The position numbers and the translations under genes were made by a program. Below the pieces are notes generated by a model. The model had not been told where the DNA came from, ran no database searches, and saw only the letters and a list, made by a program, of their open reading frames with translations. A stretch of DNA of 64,000 nt from Azolla caroliniana. Taxonomy: Eukaryota; Plantae; Polypodiophyta. Where the stretch lies: NCBI GenBank assembly GCA_043228905.1, contig JBHGNT010000012.1, positions 15,128,001-15,192,000 of the forward strand, in the 5' to 3' direction. This document shows, piece by piece, positions 32,130 to 45,410 of this stretch. Positions within the stretch are counted from its first letter, which is position 1. Every line of letters begins with the position of its first letter.

Positions 32130-35100
32130 AGGTGGATCGTGTACATCAAGTACACCAGAGATACGCCGTATCTCCAGAAAGGACAACGCCATGGCTAACA
32201 TGCTATCAAGAGCATGGTATCGAAAGACAAAGAAGTCAACTCGGTTGTCGGCGATTAGGCAAAGCACATCGACCCTACATACATTCATCGAAGACGACTA
32301 CCTGGCACATGCTGGGGGATGTGTAGTTTGGTGGGGGTGGATGTCGTAGAGGATTCTTGCTATCGGGGAGGTAAAGTATGTGCATGAACTCAGTCTAATG
32401 TGCAAAGGATGTAAATATCGAGATATTAATAAGTACAAGACAACATATAGTTGATAGGTACTTCAAGGATCCCACAAAAACAGGGGAATAATAGGAGGTG
32501 ATGGTAGAGAATCGTGTGAGAATTAATGTTGAAAACAGATGCCTTTAGTACTTGTGAACGTAAGTGTTTGCGGAAGCGTAAAACAGAGAACAACACACAG
32601 AGAGAGCGAGAGAGACAGAGAGAGCAGAACACAATTTCAAAATTATATCAAGACTCTGTATATACACTGTGCTAAGTAGCACTATTTATACAAGTCCTCT
32701 TGGGACTGACAAAAGTACCATGTACTTCAATGCTCACACGAGCATCTGACACTTACTACGAGACTATAGCTACCTAGTAGTCTATCCTGTACTAGGCTTC
32801 CAATTAGACTGCCGGTTACGGATTGCACCCGGCCTCTACTGCTTGCCGGTTCGGTTGCTCACCACCATACCGATCCGTTTCGCCCGATCTGTCTCGCTTA
32901 CCGGCTCCGGCTTATTCAGCCGATCCGGCTCCGGTTGAGCTTGCCACTCAACACTCCCCCTCAAGCTCAACCTGAGGTGGGGTCGTAGTGTCGACCTCTG
33001 TGGCAGTCGGTTCTTCCAACCGACTTCTCCTGCCGTCACTCCGCCTTGCTCGCGCTCCTCGTCCGGTCTGGTTCCGTTTGCCGCGACCCCTTTGGTTGTG
33101 CGCGCCTCGACCCTCTCGGTTGGCATGTCTGCTCAATAGGCCCATCTCAGCACTCACGTTGTTGTGACTCCGGCGCTTGCCGATCCATCGGTTCTCCCAC
33201 GATGGCATCGACTTCCGCTGTGTCCGTGTCCCCTTGGCCTTCAGTCAATCTGACTCATCCGGATCCATCTGTTGATCCGAGTCAGCTATCTCCGACTCGT
33301 TCCAGCTCTTGTCCAAATCGGTACACTCCGATTCGACTTCCGGTTTCAGGCCTCTCACCACATCGGACCACTTCCGAGTCTTGGCCTTCTCCATGCTTCC
33401 CTCGGCTTCTTCAGCCGGTGAACCGAAATTGAATTCTTCATTCGACTCTGTATCATGGTCAGTACCGTCGTGATGACCTCCGCACAACATGCGCTTCTCT
33501 TCCTGAGTGCACAACTCTTCTTCACAGTCGCTTGCTCCGACCTATTTGGATGTGTCGACTTCCTTCGTCGACTCGGCTTCCTTCAGCTTCTTGTCTCCTC
33601 TTCTTCCGGCTCTCCTCTTACCGACGGGGTCAACAGTTTTTTGGCCTTTGCCCGTTTCGGTAGAGACTTTGCCCTTGCTTCTCCCCCTCAAGTGCGGCAC
33701 GTCGAGATGTTGAATACCAAGCATGTCGGTAAAGTGCTGCAACTTGTCCGATCCGAGTGGCTTGGTGAAGATGTCGGCAACTTGCCGATCCGTATGAACA
33801 TACCGTACGTCAACTTCACCGCTCAGGACCCACTCACGCACGAAGTGGTAGTGCACCTCGATGTGCTTTGTGCGAGCATGGAACACAAGGTTCCTGGCGA
33901 GCTGCAGGCTGCTCATGTTATCGCAGTAAATCGGGATCGGGGTCGGTACCTCGATCCGCAAGTCTCGCAGCAGTCGCCGAAGCCAGATGGCTTCACAAGT
34001 GGCAACGGTAGCGGCCCGGTACTCAGCCTCAGTGCTTGAAAAAGCCACTGTGGGCTGCTTCTTGTTGCTCTACACAACGGCCGCGCTACCTATGGAGAAC
34101 ATGTATCCAGAAGTGGAGCGGCGATCAGACGCATCGCCGGCCCAGTCAGCATCTGTGTAACCGACAAGCTCTTCGGGTATACCTCGCCGATATAGCAGTC
34201 CCCGGTCCTTAGTGCCGCTGACATACCGTAATATTCGTTGCGCACACTGAAGGTGCTCCACGGTCGACTTCTGCATGAACTGGCTTACCATGCCGACCGG
34301 ATAGCTGATGTCGGGTCGGGTGATGGTTAAGTAGATCAGGCTTCCGACAACCTGTCGGAACCGTTTCTCATTGCAGGCCGGTCCGGAGTTGGGACGGAGC
34401 TTCTGGTTCCGGTCCAGGGGTGTGGAGACAGGTCGGCAATCCTTCATGCCGAACTTATACAACATATTCAACACGTAATGTCGTTGTGAGAGCAATATGC
34501 CGTCGGGGGTCCGGATCACTTCGATCCCAAGAAAATAATGAAGGTCCCCTAGGTCCTTCATTTCGAATGCGTCCGACAACTGGGACTTGACGTGGTTGAT
34601 TTCGGGAAGACCCGGTCCGGTGATGACTAAATCATCCACATCCAAGAGTATACATACCGGACCGTCAGAGCCTTGCCGGATGAACAACGAAGACTCCGAC
34701 TTAGAGACAGCAAACCCCAGCTTACGCAACCGGTGCATGATCTTCGCGTTCCAAGCTCGGGGGGCTTGCTTCAAGCCGTAAAGCGACTTCTTCAGTCGGC
34801 ATACCGCCGACTTGTTCATCTCCGATTGAAATCCGGGGGGCTAAGTCATAAAGACTTCTTCTTCAAGCTCTCCCCCTTGCCGCAGCAACCGCCAGTACCA
34901 CACGAACCGTCGTCATCTTCGCCACAGGAGCGAAGGTCTCGTCATAGTCGATTTTGTGGGTCTGCGCATATCCCTTCGCCACTAACCGGGCTTTGTACCG
35001 GTTAACAGAACCGTCGGCGTTGTACTTGACCTTGTACACCCACTTGCAGCCGATCGGTTTACAGTGACGGGGAGGATCAACTAGGTTCCAAGTTTCGTTG

Positions 35101-38100
35101 GCATCGAGTGCCCGCATTTCTTTGTCCATAGCAGCACGCCAATTTGCGTCCTTTGCCGCTTCTGCTTAGCTCTCCGGCTCACGCACTTCTGTCACCTTAG
35201 TCATGTACGCATAATGATGCGCCATGTATTCATTGTACCCGTACCGCATGACGGGATCCTTCTAACGGGTTGATCGGCGCAACGCACCGTCACTTGATTT
35301 GAGGCCCTTCTTGGCCAGTTCGGTCTTCGTTGCCGAAGATCTGCCTTTCTCCTTTCTGGAGTCGGATACGCACCGATCCGACTCATCGTTGCCGGTTTCA
35401 AATTCTGGCATCTTCCTCTTCCCCTTCTCTTTGCGCGTGAACCGTTTCCTCGGTTCCTTGCGCGGGGAGAGCACGGCAGAGTCTCCACCACTTGCCGTCT
35501 CTTCATCCGACTAGTCCAACCGACTCAGTCGCTCGTTCGGTCCACTCAACCATAGCGATTCCGGACTCTCATCTTGAGTCCCGGCTTCATCATCCTCTGT
35601 CAGGGCTGATTTAGGCTCACTGGCCTGATCTTCCGGCATTGGGTCGGGATCGGAAGTCGGAGTCGGTACGGAGTACCAGGATGCCGATTCATCGAACTCG
35701 ACGTCCCGGCTAACTCGGACTTCCTTCGTCCGGGGCTAATAGCACTTATACCCCTTTTGCTCTTGAGCATAGCCGACTAGGATGCATTTTTCCGATTTTG
35801 CATCCAGCTTTCTCCGCTTCTGATCCGGCACATGCACATACGCTATGGTGCCGAATATCCGAAGGTGTCTTAAGTTCGGGTTGCACCCGAAATACAGCTC
35901 ATGAGCTGACACCTTGTCACCAATTCGGTTTTGTATGTAGACGGCCGTCCGGACCGCCTCCGCCCAGTAGAACCGGGATATGCTCTTCTCCTCTAGCATT
36001 GCCCTTGCCGCTTCGATGAGTGTCCGGTTCTTCCTTTCGGCCACACTGTTTTGCTCTGGTGTGTACCTGCAGCTGAACTCTCGCCGAATTCCCTTCTGCT
36101 ACAGATAACTAGTGAATTGGCCGGAAAAATATTCCTTTCCGCCATCCGACCAAAGGCATTTGATCTTCCTCTCCGATTCCCGTTCCACCATCTTCTGGAG
36201 GCTCCGGAAACAGTCGAAGACTTCGCTCTTCCGCTCAATGAGGTAGAGGGACTTCTCCGACGTGATCGATTGGGTGAGGAGTGTCGTCTCCGGTTTCGAC
36301 TACTCCTGGTTGATCCGGTTTCTCCAGAAAGGAGAACCACCCTTTGTGGCTCGTCATGTGGTTCGACGCGCCGGAATCAACATACCACACTTCCTCCATT
36401 TTGGAAGTGGTCTTCTTCATTGAGTTTGCCTTGTGATTCATCACCAAGCCTGGCCCCTTACCGGCCTTTCCGGTTCCGGATCCTCCTGATCCGTTTGCGT
36501 AGTGCGAGTTTTGCCGGCCATCCTTACCGATCTTGCCGGATCCGGATTTGTCCGAATCGGCACGCTTTCTCCAGCACTCGCTTTCCCTATGGCCTTTTTT
36601 GCCACAGTACCAGCATTCCGTAGCGGATTTGTCTTGCCGGCCTCCGGCACCGCCTTGACTCCCCCTGCTTGTGGAAGTCCCGGAACTGCTGTCGGCACGC
36701 TCATAGTGCCTCCATTCCTGCTCTTGCCGGCCGCCTCCATTGCGTACCGACCCACCTCTTCCACCATGCCCACGGAACCGATCCGTTCCCGTGTACAGCA
36801 TTCGGCTGTCCGGGGATGTACTGGTAGATGCACCGGCGTGGTTCTCCTCTACAAGGAGCATCGACTGTAAGTCGAAGAATGAGGGGGTATTCTCCCTTGT
36901 ACACACCACAGTCCGGAACGCTCCGAACTTGGACGCCAGGCCTCCGAGACATACCTGCACCATCTCGTCTTCCTCTACGGTAACATTGATAGAGGCGAGC
37001 GAGTCGCAGATCTCCTTTATCCGGCCCGTGTAGTCTGCCACTGACATGTTCTTCTGTCGAACATTGCTCAACTCCTGTCTGAGTTGCAGCTTCCGGGCAG
37101 TGGTGCTTGCGGCGAAAACCTTTTTCAGGTTCCCCCAAGCATCCTTCGGTGTCTTGGTGTCACGGATGTGGCTGAGCAGCTGATCACCGACACTGGACGT
37201 GAAGCAGTACATCACCCTGCTTGCCGCCTGTTCCCATACCGGGAAGTCCTTGTGTGCCGAGTCTGGCGCCGCATCATTCGCTCCTTCGACATAACTCCAG
37301 TACCCGTGTCCAAGCAGATACTGGTGCATCTTGTAAGACCAGGATGCGTAGTTGCTCTTGTCGAGCTTCTCCATCGGGAGCGACGTAGCCATGCCTCTAT
37401 CCATGTCTTCTACTATGTCTGTTTTCGACCTGTTAGGGTTTTCTTCTCAAGAGTAAATGTCTGCAGCAGAGGTTCTCAACCCTCGCGCTCTGATACCATG
37501 TGAACGTAAGTGTTTGCGGAAGCGTAAAACAGAGAACAACACAGAGAGAGAGAGAGAGAGAGCAGAACACAATTTCAAAATTATATCAAGACTCTGTATA
37601 TACACTGTGCTAAGTAGCACTATTTATACAAGTCCTCTTGGGACTGATAGAAGTACCATGTACTTCAATGCTCACATGAGCATCTGACACTTACTACGAG
37701 ACTATAGCTACCTAGTAGTCTATCCTGTACTAGGCTTTCGATTGGACTGCCGGTTACGGATTGCACCCGGCCTCCACTGCTTGCTGGTTCGGTTGCTCAC
37801 CGTCATACCGATCCGTCTCGTCCGATCCGTCTCGCTTACCAGCTCCGGCTTATTTAGCCGATCCGGCTCCGGTTGAGCTTGCCGCTCAACAGTACTGATG
37901 TAATGGCCTCTCCTTGTGCTATAAAAAGGTGAAGGGGGGATCCATCATTTTTGGAGGGTGAAGTGTTGCCAGTTCTTTTGTTTACTATGTTTTGGGCATT
38001 CGGTGAAGAAAGGGGAGGCCTCTGCTCACGTAGGAAGTCGTGTGCTCTTGACCAGAGGCTCGTTTGTGTGTGTGTGTGTGTGTGTGAGCGGATATCGAAG

Positions 38101-38475
38101 CTCTATCGTCGGCCAAATCTGGTTGTATCCCCATTTGTATTCCTTTCGGTCTTCTAACTTAAGATTGCAGTATCCGTCTCTTTTCTTGTGTAGTGTTTGC
38201 ATCTTTTCTCTGTTTCTGTCTCTTGGTCGTGTCGCTCTTCACCTGCGGACAATGTTTTGTCATCGTGTTCAAGAGCTCGTGTGCTCCGTTTCCGAAAACT
38301 GACAACTATTCTGGATCGAATAAAGGTTTTGTGAGCCCATGCGCTCAGACTGAGGAACCGGCATTCAAACTAGTTAGTCACTCACGCTTGTCTCTATGTC
38401 TCTTCTTCCGTCTCCTTAGTTCAAGACCCTGGTGGTCCCGCCCGATCCGGGCACATATAGCAGATATTTGTGACA
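32130..38475 (+). mobile_element. Gypsy-1-family remnant: RH fragment, PPT and 3' LTR (32342-38475, ~790 bp net) split by Copia-D
   Basis: RWIxYIK/DNAMANMLSRA remnant, GGTGGGGGTGGA then TGTCG, TATA at ~37920. LTR end TTCAAGACCCTGGTGGTCCC...TGTGACA resembles the Gypsy-1 LTR. Confidence 0.65.
32553..37891 (-). mobile_element. Copia-D: Ty1/Copia element with both LTRs, internal deletions and an extended 3' coding region
   Basis: LTRs 32553-32953 and 37499-37891, TSD GTACT, PBS TGGTATCAGAGC 37487-37498, PPT at 32954-32963, gag-PR 36235-37404, INT/RT/RH fragments. Confidence 0.95.
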
Positions 38476-38489
38476 CCGGTTGTAGAGGT

Positions 38490-39000
38490 CATTACAGAGG
38501 GGACACAACGAGCACAGCTTGCAAGAAAGGGAACACACCGAATAGAGGGAACACAGCAAGCACAATTCATTGATAGAGGGAACACAACAAGTAGATGTGG
38601 TTGCAAAGGGAACACAGCGAGCAGACGGAACACAGCCAACAAAGGCCGATGCAGAGAGCACACGGTAAGTAGAGAATGCTAGGAGGTTGCAAAGGGGTCA
38701 TGATGAGGAGAGTGAGCAGAGAACATGGGGAAACAACGAGTGGAAGGTCGTTCCAGAGAGGGCACGACGAGCAGAGAACGCTTGGAGGTTGCAAAGGGGT
38801 CACACGAAAAGAGTGAGCAAAGGCCGATGCAGAGAGCACACGGTGAGTAGAGAATGTTAGGAGGTTGCAAAGGGGTCACGATGAGGAGAGTGAGCAGAGA
38901 ACATGGGGAAACAACGAGTGGAAGGTCGTTCCAGAGAAGGCACGACGAGCAGAGAACGCTTGGAGGTTGCAGAGGGGTCACACGAAAAGAGTGAGCAAAG
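38490..39000. repeat. Tandem repeat: two 178-bp units (38641, 38819) preceded by short GGGAACAC-type repeats
   Basis: Directly visible near-identical units. Confidence 0.85.
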
Positions 39001-39172
39001 AATGTGGGCGAGCAGAAGGTGGAAGGAGAGAGAGAGAGAGAGATAAGGGGTTTCGAACGCATGACGCAATTCTTGTAGTGTTAACAACTTACCACTAGGG
39101 TAAGGTAATTATGAGAAAAAGAAAGAGAGAGAGATGAGCAAAAAACGTTGGGAATTAGTGAGCAGAAGGTGG

Positions 39173-39209
<37 letters not shown>

Positions 39210-39215
39210 GGAGGA

Positions 39216-39757
39216 TTGCCTTTGGGATTAGCTTTAAAGCCTCGTGGACTAGCAACGAGTACCTACTTCTTTTGCACGGTTCAGATAGAAGATAGTACTC
39301 ATCGATTTATACAATGTCCAATTGCTTGTCAAATTTGGAGTTACATTTCTCAAATTTGGCAAGTTTTATCACGGAGTTATTTGACACCTAGACAATGGGT
39401 GTTTGCACAATTTACACAGGCTGACCCAAAATCAGAGATGGAGATTGTTTTCCTATTTCTGAGATATTGGGGATTGCGTCATAATTGGAACATGCGCAAC
39501 GCTTTTGTATTCGATGGTAGACATGGAGTGAAAGCATATCTACGAAAGGTGAAGGGAGTACTAATGTGGCAATTTTCTTAATTGGAACAAGTGGAAATTC
39601 TTTCCTCGGTGGAGTGTTCGTCTTGCCTATTGGCAATTCAACATGTTCCACTACCCATGTAGTGTAGTGTGGTTAGTGTGTGACCATACTCCATTGTCAC
39701 ACATATTGTAAGTAGTATTTTTCACACACATTTATTAATATAATTTTGTGTTTTCAC

Positions 39758-39760
<3 letters not shown>
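39216..39760 (+). mobile_element. 3' remnant of an L1-type LINE (zf-RVT region)
   Basis: C..Q.EDSTHRFIQCPIACQIW...W..RNAFVF motif, flanked by AG microsatellites. Confidence 0.65.
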
Positions 39761-39832
<72 letters not shown>

Positions 39833-39860
39833 TGAGTGAGTAATTGTGAGAGAGAGAAAG
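39760..39860. repeat. Compound (AG)n(TG)n microsatellite
   Basis: Visible. Confidence 0.9.
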
Positions 39861-40129
39861 AGAGACTGACTGACTAACTGAATAAATGACTGACAGCTTG
39901 AGATCTTATACAGTTAAGTACTCTGTACAACCTCAAATGTGAACTGTCAACCTAGGATTGTGAACTGTCAACCTCAAATGAAATTGATTACACGAGGGAT
40001 ACTTGGACACAGACATAACAATGGAAGGATGTGCAATGCTTATTATTATTTGAAATCCAAAACTCATTGAATGTGACTTTTAATTTTATAACAAGTGATG
40101 TTCAACTTTTTAGACCCAAATATTGGATT

Positions 40130-41330
40130 ATTTTTTGTTTTTTATGTTTTTTCTCCTCATCAAATTAGTACTAGAATTTGGGCCAAAAGTGGGTACACCG
40201 TAGCTTGCTTTCACCCTATATTTTTTGAAAAAATCACATTTTGAATGTTTTGCATTGACATAGTTGTCATGCAACTTTTGCAAAACAAATCGAACATGTT
40301 GAACATGATCAGGGATGGATATAAATGAGAATATCATCATAGGAAAACGACAACAAAATCACCAAGTTGATCTTGGAAAAGGTCATTCATCGCATTTTGT
40401 AATGTGGTTGGAGTGTTTAGAGTAAATCGTTAGGTCCAAGTAAATGTGAAGGAAAAGTGCATTCACATGAACTTCAGTGGTTGGTATGAACTTAAATAAC
40501 ATCAAAAGACTTACATGTGTGACTCGTAGAATTGTCTTGAGGAGGGGTGTTTGACTTCCTCTCAAGACGACGACAGGTATCCTTTGTGTGGCCCCACTTC
40601 TTGCAATATGCACAAAAGAGGTTCGGTTTCTTTGAGTCACGGTCAAGAGTTTCAATGGATTTCTTACGTTTCCCAGTGACCTTGACATTCGGAGTTTTGG
40701 CGAACCTCAGGTTTATTGTGGTTTTTTTGGGAAGTTCTATGGTACCAAAGTACACATAATCCTCGAGAGAGGTAAATGGCTTGCTTGACAATGTGAGCAA
40801 GTGTTGCGCTTGTTCAGTTTGAGAAGGTGGCTGCAACAACTGTTTCTTGAAAACATTGACAAAACCTTCCCAAGTTGTGGGTAAGTTCTTTGCTGCCTTA
40901 GGTTGCGCCACCACGCAACAACTCAGCCACCTAACTCACAACCGACATAACCAATTTTTACAACGTCTGGCTTGGGATGGAGCTCAAATCCAATATACCA
41001 TGCAAAGACCAAGCACATTAGAGTGTGATCCCATTTCATCCAAGAATGCATAGTTGCTAGCCACATCAATCTTGAGAAGGTTGTCTCTCGAGAAAATGTC
41101 GTATATGCATTGACCAAAGATCTACCGCATGATGTGATAGAGCATCATTGTCACTTGATGGGAATTACTTACTTCTTCAACTTACACACTTGTTTTATGT
41201 ATATTGTTCAACATGTTATGTGTAGGTCTTGTACAATCTTCCCATCAAATTCATTGATTCTTTTTTGCTTTTAGTGGAGATTGATACATAGCTATGTTAT
41301 ATTATAAACCTTGGCACCACATTGTGATGT
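40130..41330 (-). mobile_element. Old degenerate Gypsy-2-related gag/RT remnant
   Basis: LPTTWEGFV...QPPSQTE...SLEDYV...CAYCKKWGHTKDTC, plus RT piece HVRFVLQKL. Confidence 0.7.
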
Positions 41331-42114
41331 TTTATTCACCGAATCATACTAAACACTACAACATAGTCTCAAGTTCTAAATTAAACATAGTAAAAACTCA
41401 TCTTAAACCCTCTAGTGTAATCATTCAATCCTAAAATCAAATCTACATCAGTCCTTAAACCCTTGAGCCTTTTATGTCTCATCGTGGTACTTTGTCCTCT
41501 CATCTCCTCATTTGGAACTTGGAGCTATTAATGGGCATAAAAGGAAACAATGATGTGCCACTTCTTACTATATCTAGCTCTTGAACCCTAAATCCTAACG
41601 CATTGGTTCCAATCTATTCTAAACCTTACTCAATTTGCCCTAAACCTTAATGTTGTTTTCCTAAACCCTAATTCACTATGCCCTACATTCTAATTCACTG
41701 TGCATTAGTCTTTAATGGAAGGTCTTTTCTTTCTAGCTAGAAGCGGCCTAAGTTGTAAATCAAGGCTCAAGAATACAACACATAATTATTCACATACACA
41801 CTTAAAATGGTATTATTCTTGCTAAATTTTACATGGAATTAATCCAATAACATCGTATGAAAAGAAAAAAGAGGAATGCTTTCCATTGCTTCGAGTACAC
41901 ATTTGATCTCAAGTTTTCGATACAAGAAACCGAGAGAAAACCTTCACATGGGCAAGCACATTGATGTACATAAGACACAGGGTGTTTTTTTTGTTTTTTG
42001 GGTCGTATGGCGAAAAGCATACAAAATTGTACAAAACAAGGGTGCCAAGAGAACACACAAATATTCTATTATAAATGTACTGCCTGGATCATGGACATTA
42101 AAGAGGTAAATTTT

Positions 42115-44608
42115 TTATGCCTTTGCCGATTCAAGAACACCGGCCTCCTTCGCACGGATCTTCTCGTAGACCTCCCGAATCTTAAGGCCAACGATGGTTT
42201 GGAAGAAGCCGGTGCCATTGTTGCTACCGGGGAAGTCGGCATGCTTCAACATTTGTTGTGTGATCTCACCATAGAACTTGGTCGAGATGTTGCTTAGGTG
42301 GCTCTCGACATAGATAAGTTCTTCGAGCTTATCAAATTGCCCATCCATCTCCACAATAGACACCTAACAAAAAATAGTTCAAACCAAAAAACAAAGAGTT
42401 AAAGGACAGTTATATAGCTTGTAGACTGCTTTTTTTTATGTGTTGGTAGTTATTCGCATCGGCATTTTCTTAAGAGATGCATACAAGTTCGGCATTGCTT
42501 TTCAGAGGCACCACGGATCTGGTTTGGAAAGTGGCTTTCAGATGAATTTAATCTACCTTATCTATTTTGTTATACAAAATGTATATGTTTCGATGCATGA
42601 CATGACGTCGCGATCAATGAATGTTAAGTAGAGTAACTATCGAGACATAATCATGAAAAAGTATGAATGCCATTAGAATAGCACCGGGTGATCTTCGAGA
42701 TTGCCCCATACCTCATTATCATAGTAGACATCTGGGCCATATGAGAATTTTATTCCGGGGTAAGAGCAAGTGAGCTTGCGGCCACATGGTACCCACGAGA
42801 TCGTGGAGCCCTCGTCGAACAAGTATGTGGGCTCGAAGTATGGCACACCCTCTTTCATGATCATGCGGACCCGCAAGATCTTGCCTTCATTGTCATCGGG
42901 AATGAGTTGTGTGGGCAACACTTGGATAACGACATCAGCGTGTTGCTTTTGAGGGTCTGAATTAGGACAAAAACACACCACATATAGAGTTATTACAATC
43001 ATCAGCAAATAACTACCAAGTTTGGGAGTAAGATCACCAAAATAAGTAGATCATTTCAATCTGAAAATCCCAACCAAACAATTGACAATGACCACATTTA
43101 AATGTAATTAGTTAGGTTAATATACATGTCCTACAATATTGGACACGTGACATAACTCGGCAATGTCCGATAAACTGTGCTAACATGGGACATCATGTGT
43201 GTCATTGTAGCAATACCTATATATGCATCGAAGTCGGGTTTTCTTGCTTGAATGCTCGCCTTGATGCTCTCAAGACTGTGTCCTCTCTCGGCCATGTCAC
43301 GCTGTCAAGACGGAACAAACATTTTGATTTATTTTATGTGATTCTTTGAAACTTTAGGCAAATCTAATATACTTTCAGTGGTTTCTCTCTAATTTTTAGT
43401 ATATGTTATGGCTTAATAGAGTTGTCTTACCTGGATTTTCCATGCAAATTTCACCTCATCACTGATGTCAAGGTAGATGCTGAAGTCTAGAAGGTCTCTT
43501 ACTCTGGCATCATACCTGTTACAAACACGCAAATAGTACATGATTAACTACCAAATCTATACATCATGCTCAAAGCCAAACCATTCAAGAATTACCGGTG
43601 CATTAGATATTCATGTAATTGAGCTCGATGATTAGACCTATTGATGTGCATCTTATAATGAACTCAATGAATGTGCATGCATTTTAATTAGCTTTTCAAC
43701 AATTTTGTGTACTACATGTAATGATATCATACACAATGGATTGATGCATGCATACATGCATGAGATCATTGAACTGTTATGATGCATGCAAACATGTCAT
43801 GAGATCAAACACTCCCCATGGATACATGCATGTAATGAGATCAAACACTCCCATGGATACATGCATGTAATGAGATCAAACACTCCCATGGATACATACA
43901 TGTAATGTGATCAAACAACCATTGATGCATGTACATGGATTGAAACCATTAAAAGACATCCAATGAGAGAGAGTTGTAACTTAAAAGATGGGGTACTTAC
44001 ATGGGATGAAGACCTTCAATGACAAAGATCTTAGGGGGGAGGATGGTCTCCGGGGGATCGAGGAGGCCAGTGACATGGTTATAGATAGGTTTCTCGATCG
44101 CACGCCCTTCTTTGATCGCCTTAACTTGCTCATACATAAGGTCGAAATTGTTGGCGCGCGGGTCAAGGGCCGTGACACCTTTCTCTTTCCTACCGTTGCG
44201 ATCCAAGGAGTGGTAATCATCGAGGCAAATGACTGTGGTGGTGTCACTAATGAGGGTGTTGGAGTCGGGGTTCCCGCCCTTTGGGGGGGTTGCGGCTCCA
44301 CCGAAGACACTGGTTAGCCGGCGCATGAATGTGCTCTTACCGCACCCGGAATCGGCAGCTAGGCCGATAATGACGGGGGTCTGATCTTGGGTGGCCATGC
44401 ACACGACCGCGATCCTCACTCCTCCTCGGGGGGAAGTGGTGGCCGCCATCGAGTTAGGGTTAATGCATGAGAAGGGCATGATGAGGGAATTGCCTCTGTA
44501 GAAACCCGGGCTGCTAAGGTTGGAGGAAGGGGATGAAGAGATGGTGATGGAAGAAGGAGAGGATGTCATGGTAGTGGGATGGAATGACATAAGCTTAGCT
44601 GAAGCCAT
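42115..44608 (-). CDS. PRK: Phosphoribulokinase, chloroplastic (423 aa); exons 44608-44001, 43515-43431, 43301-43217, 42956-42712, 42363-42115
   Basis: Ser/Thr-rich transit peptide, GLAADSGCGKST P-loop with regulatory Cys, VICLDDYH, RDMAERGH. All four introns are GT-AG and frame-preserving (1272 nt). Confidence 0.97.
43798..43920. repeat. ~35-bp tandem repeat in PRK intron 1
   Basis: ATGAGATCAAACACTCCCATGGATACATGCATGTA, about 3.5 copies. Confidence 0.85.
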
Positions 44609-44879
44609 GGCTATGGCAGGGAACAGAGCAAAAAGCTTTCTCCCAAACAGTAAGCAAAAAAAAACCACCTTCCTTCTTCACTCCTGTCTTCTGCCCACTT
44701 CCTCTTTCCCTCAGAGAAGAAATGGGTTGTGCTCAGAAGTGAGAATTAGATGGTGTTTTTTTTTTGTGGGGGGAGGAGGATCAAATTTTGAGTAATGCTC
44801 TGTTTTCCTTCCCTTCTTCTTTTCTCTTTTTTTCCTCTGTTTCTTTCCTTTCCTTTCTTCTTCTTCTTGTTTGATGGAG

Positions 44880-44953
44880 AGATAAATTTTGAGGCAGAGA
44901 CATCTGCAGCCACACACGTGATAAAGAAATGAGATAGCCCATTGACACGTGTC
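44880..44953 (-). promoter_or_regulatory. Putative light-responsive PRK promoter: two G-boxes and GATA motifs
   Basis: CACGTG at 44915-44920 (overlapping GATAA) and 44946-44951, about 310-340 bp upstream of the ATG. Confidence 0.55.
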
Positions 44954-45122
44954 GCTCTCCTCCACCACTTCCATGTCATCTCCAATCCCTCTTCCTTCCC
45001 CCTCTTCCAAAGCTCATCACATTTACATTTACTTACATACATACATACATACATACTTATCTCTCCTTTCCATGGATTGCTCCACACACACACACACTTT
45101 TCTCCTTTCCACATCCAACACT

Positions 45123-45410
45123 CCTTCATTACTCTTGCTCTCCCAAAATGTTGCTTTTCTCCCATCCATGTTCGCAGCATGTCCGTCCGAAACGCACAAT
45201 ACCACTTGGGTGCACGATATCCATCTCCCTCTCTCCCTGCTCTCACACTCTCTCGCCTTCCTTGCTTCTACGAGCTAGAGCAGGGGGAGACGGCGACAAA
45301 TATCGTGCGCCCACCCACACCGTATATTATGTGGGGTTGGACATGCAGCAAACATGCCAGATGGAGAAGAGGCAGCATCAAGCAAGAGAGCGGCATTCGA
45401 GTGACGAAGG
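45123..45410 (+). ncRNA. Candidate long hairpin RNA / MIRNA precursor
   Basis: Multi-segment imperfect fold-back with several G-U pairs on the + strand. No known miRNA recognised. Confidence 0.45.

Noticed and set aside
44609-44668. N-terminal extension of PRK in the ORF track
   Set aside because: Starts at a non-ATG codon; ATG 44608 (MAS...) fits a transit peptide start.
45149-45170. miR482/2118-like sequence
   Set aside because: Only loose similarity, and it lies on the 5' arm.
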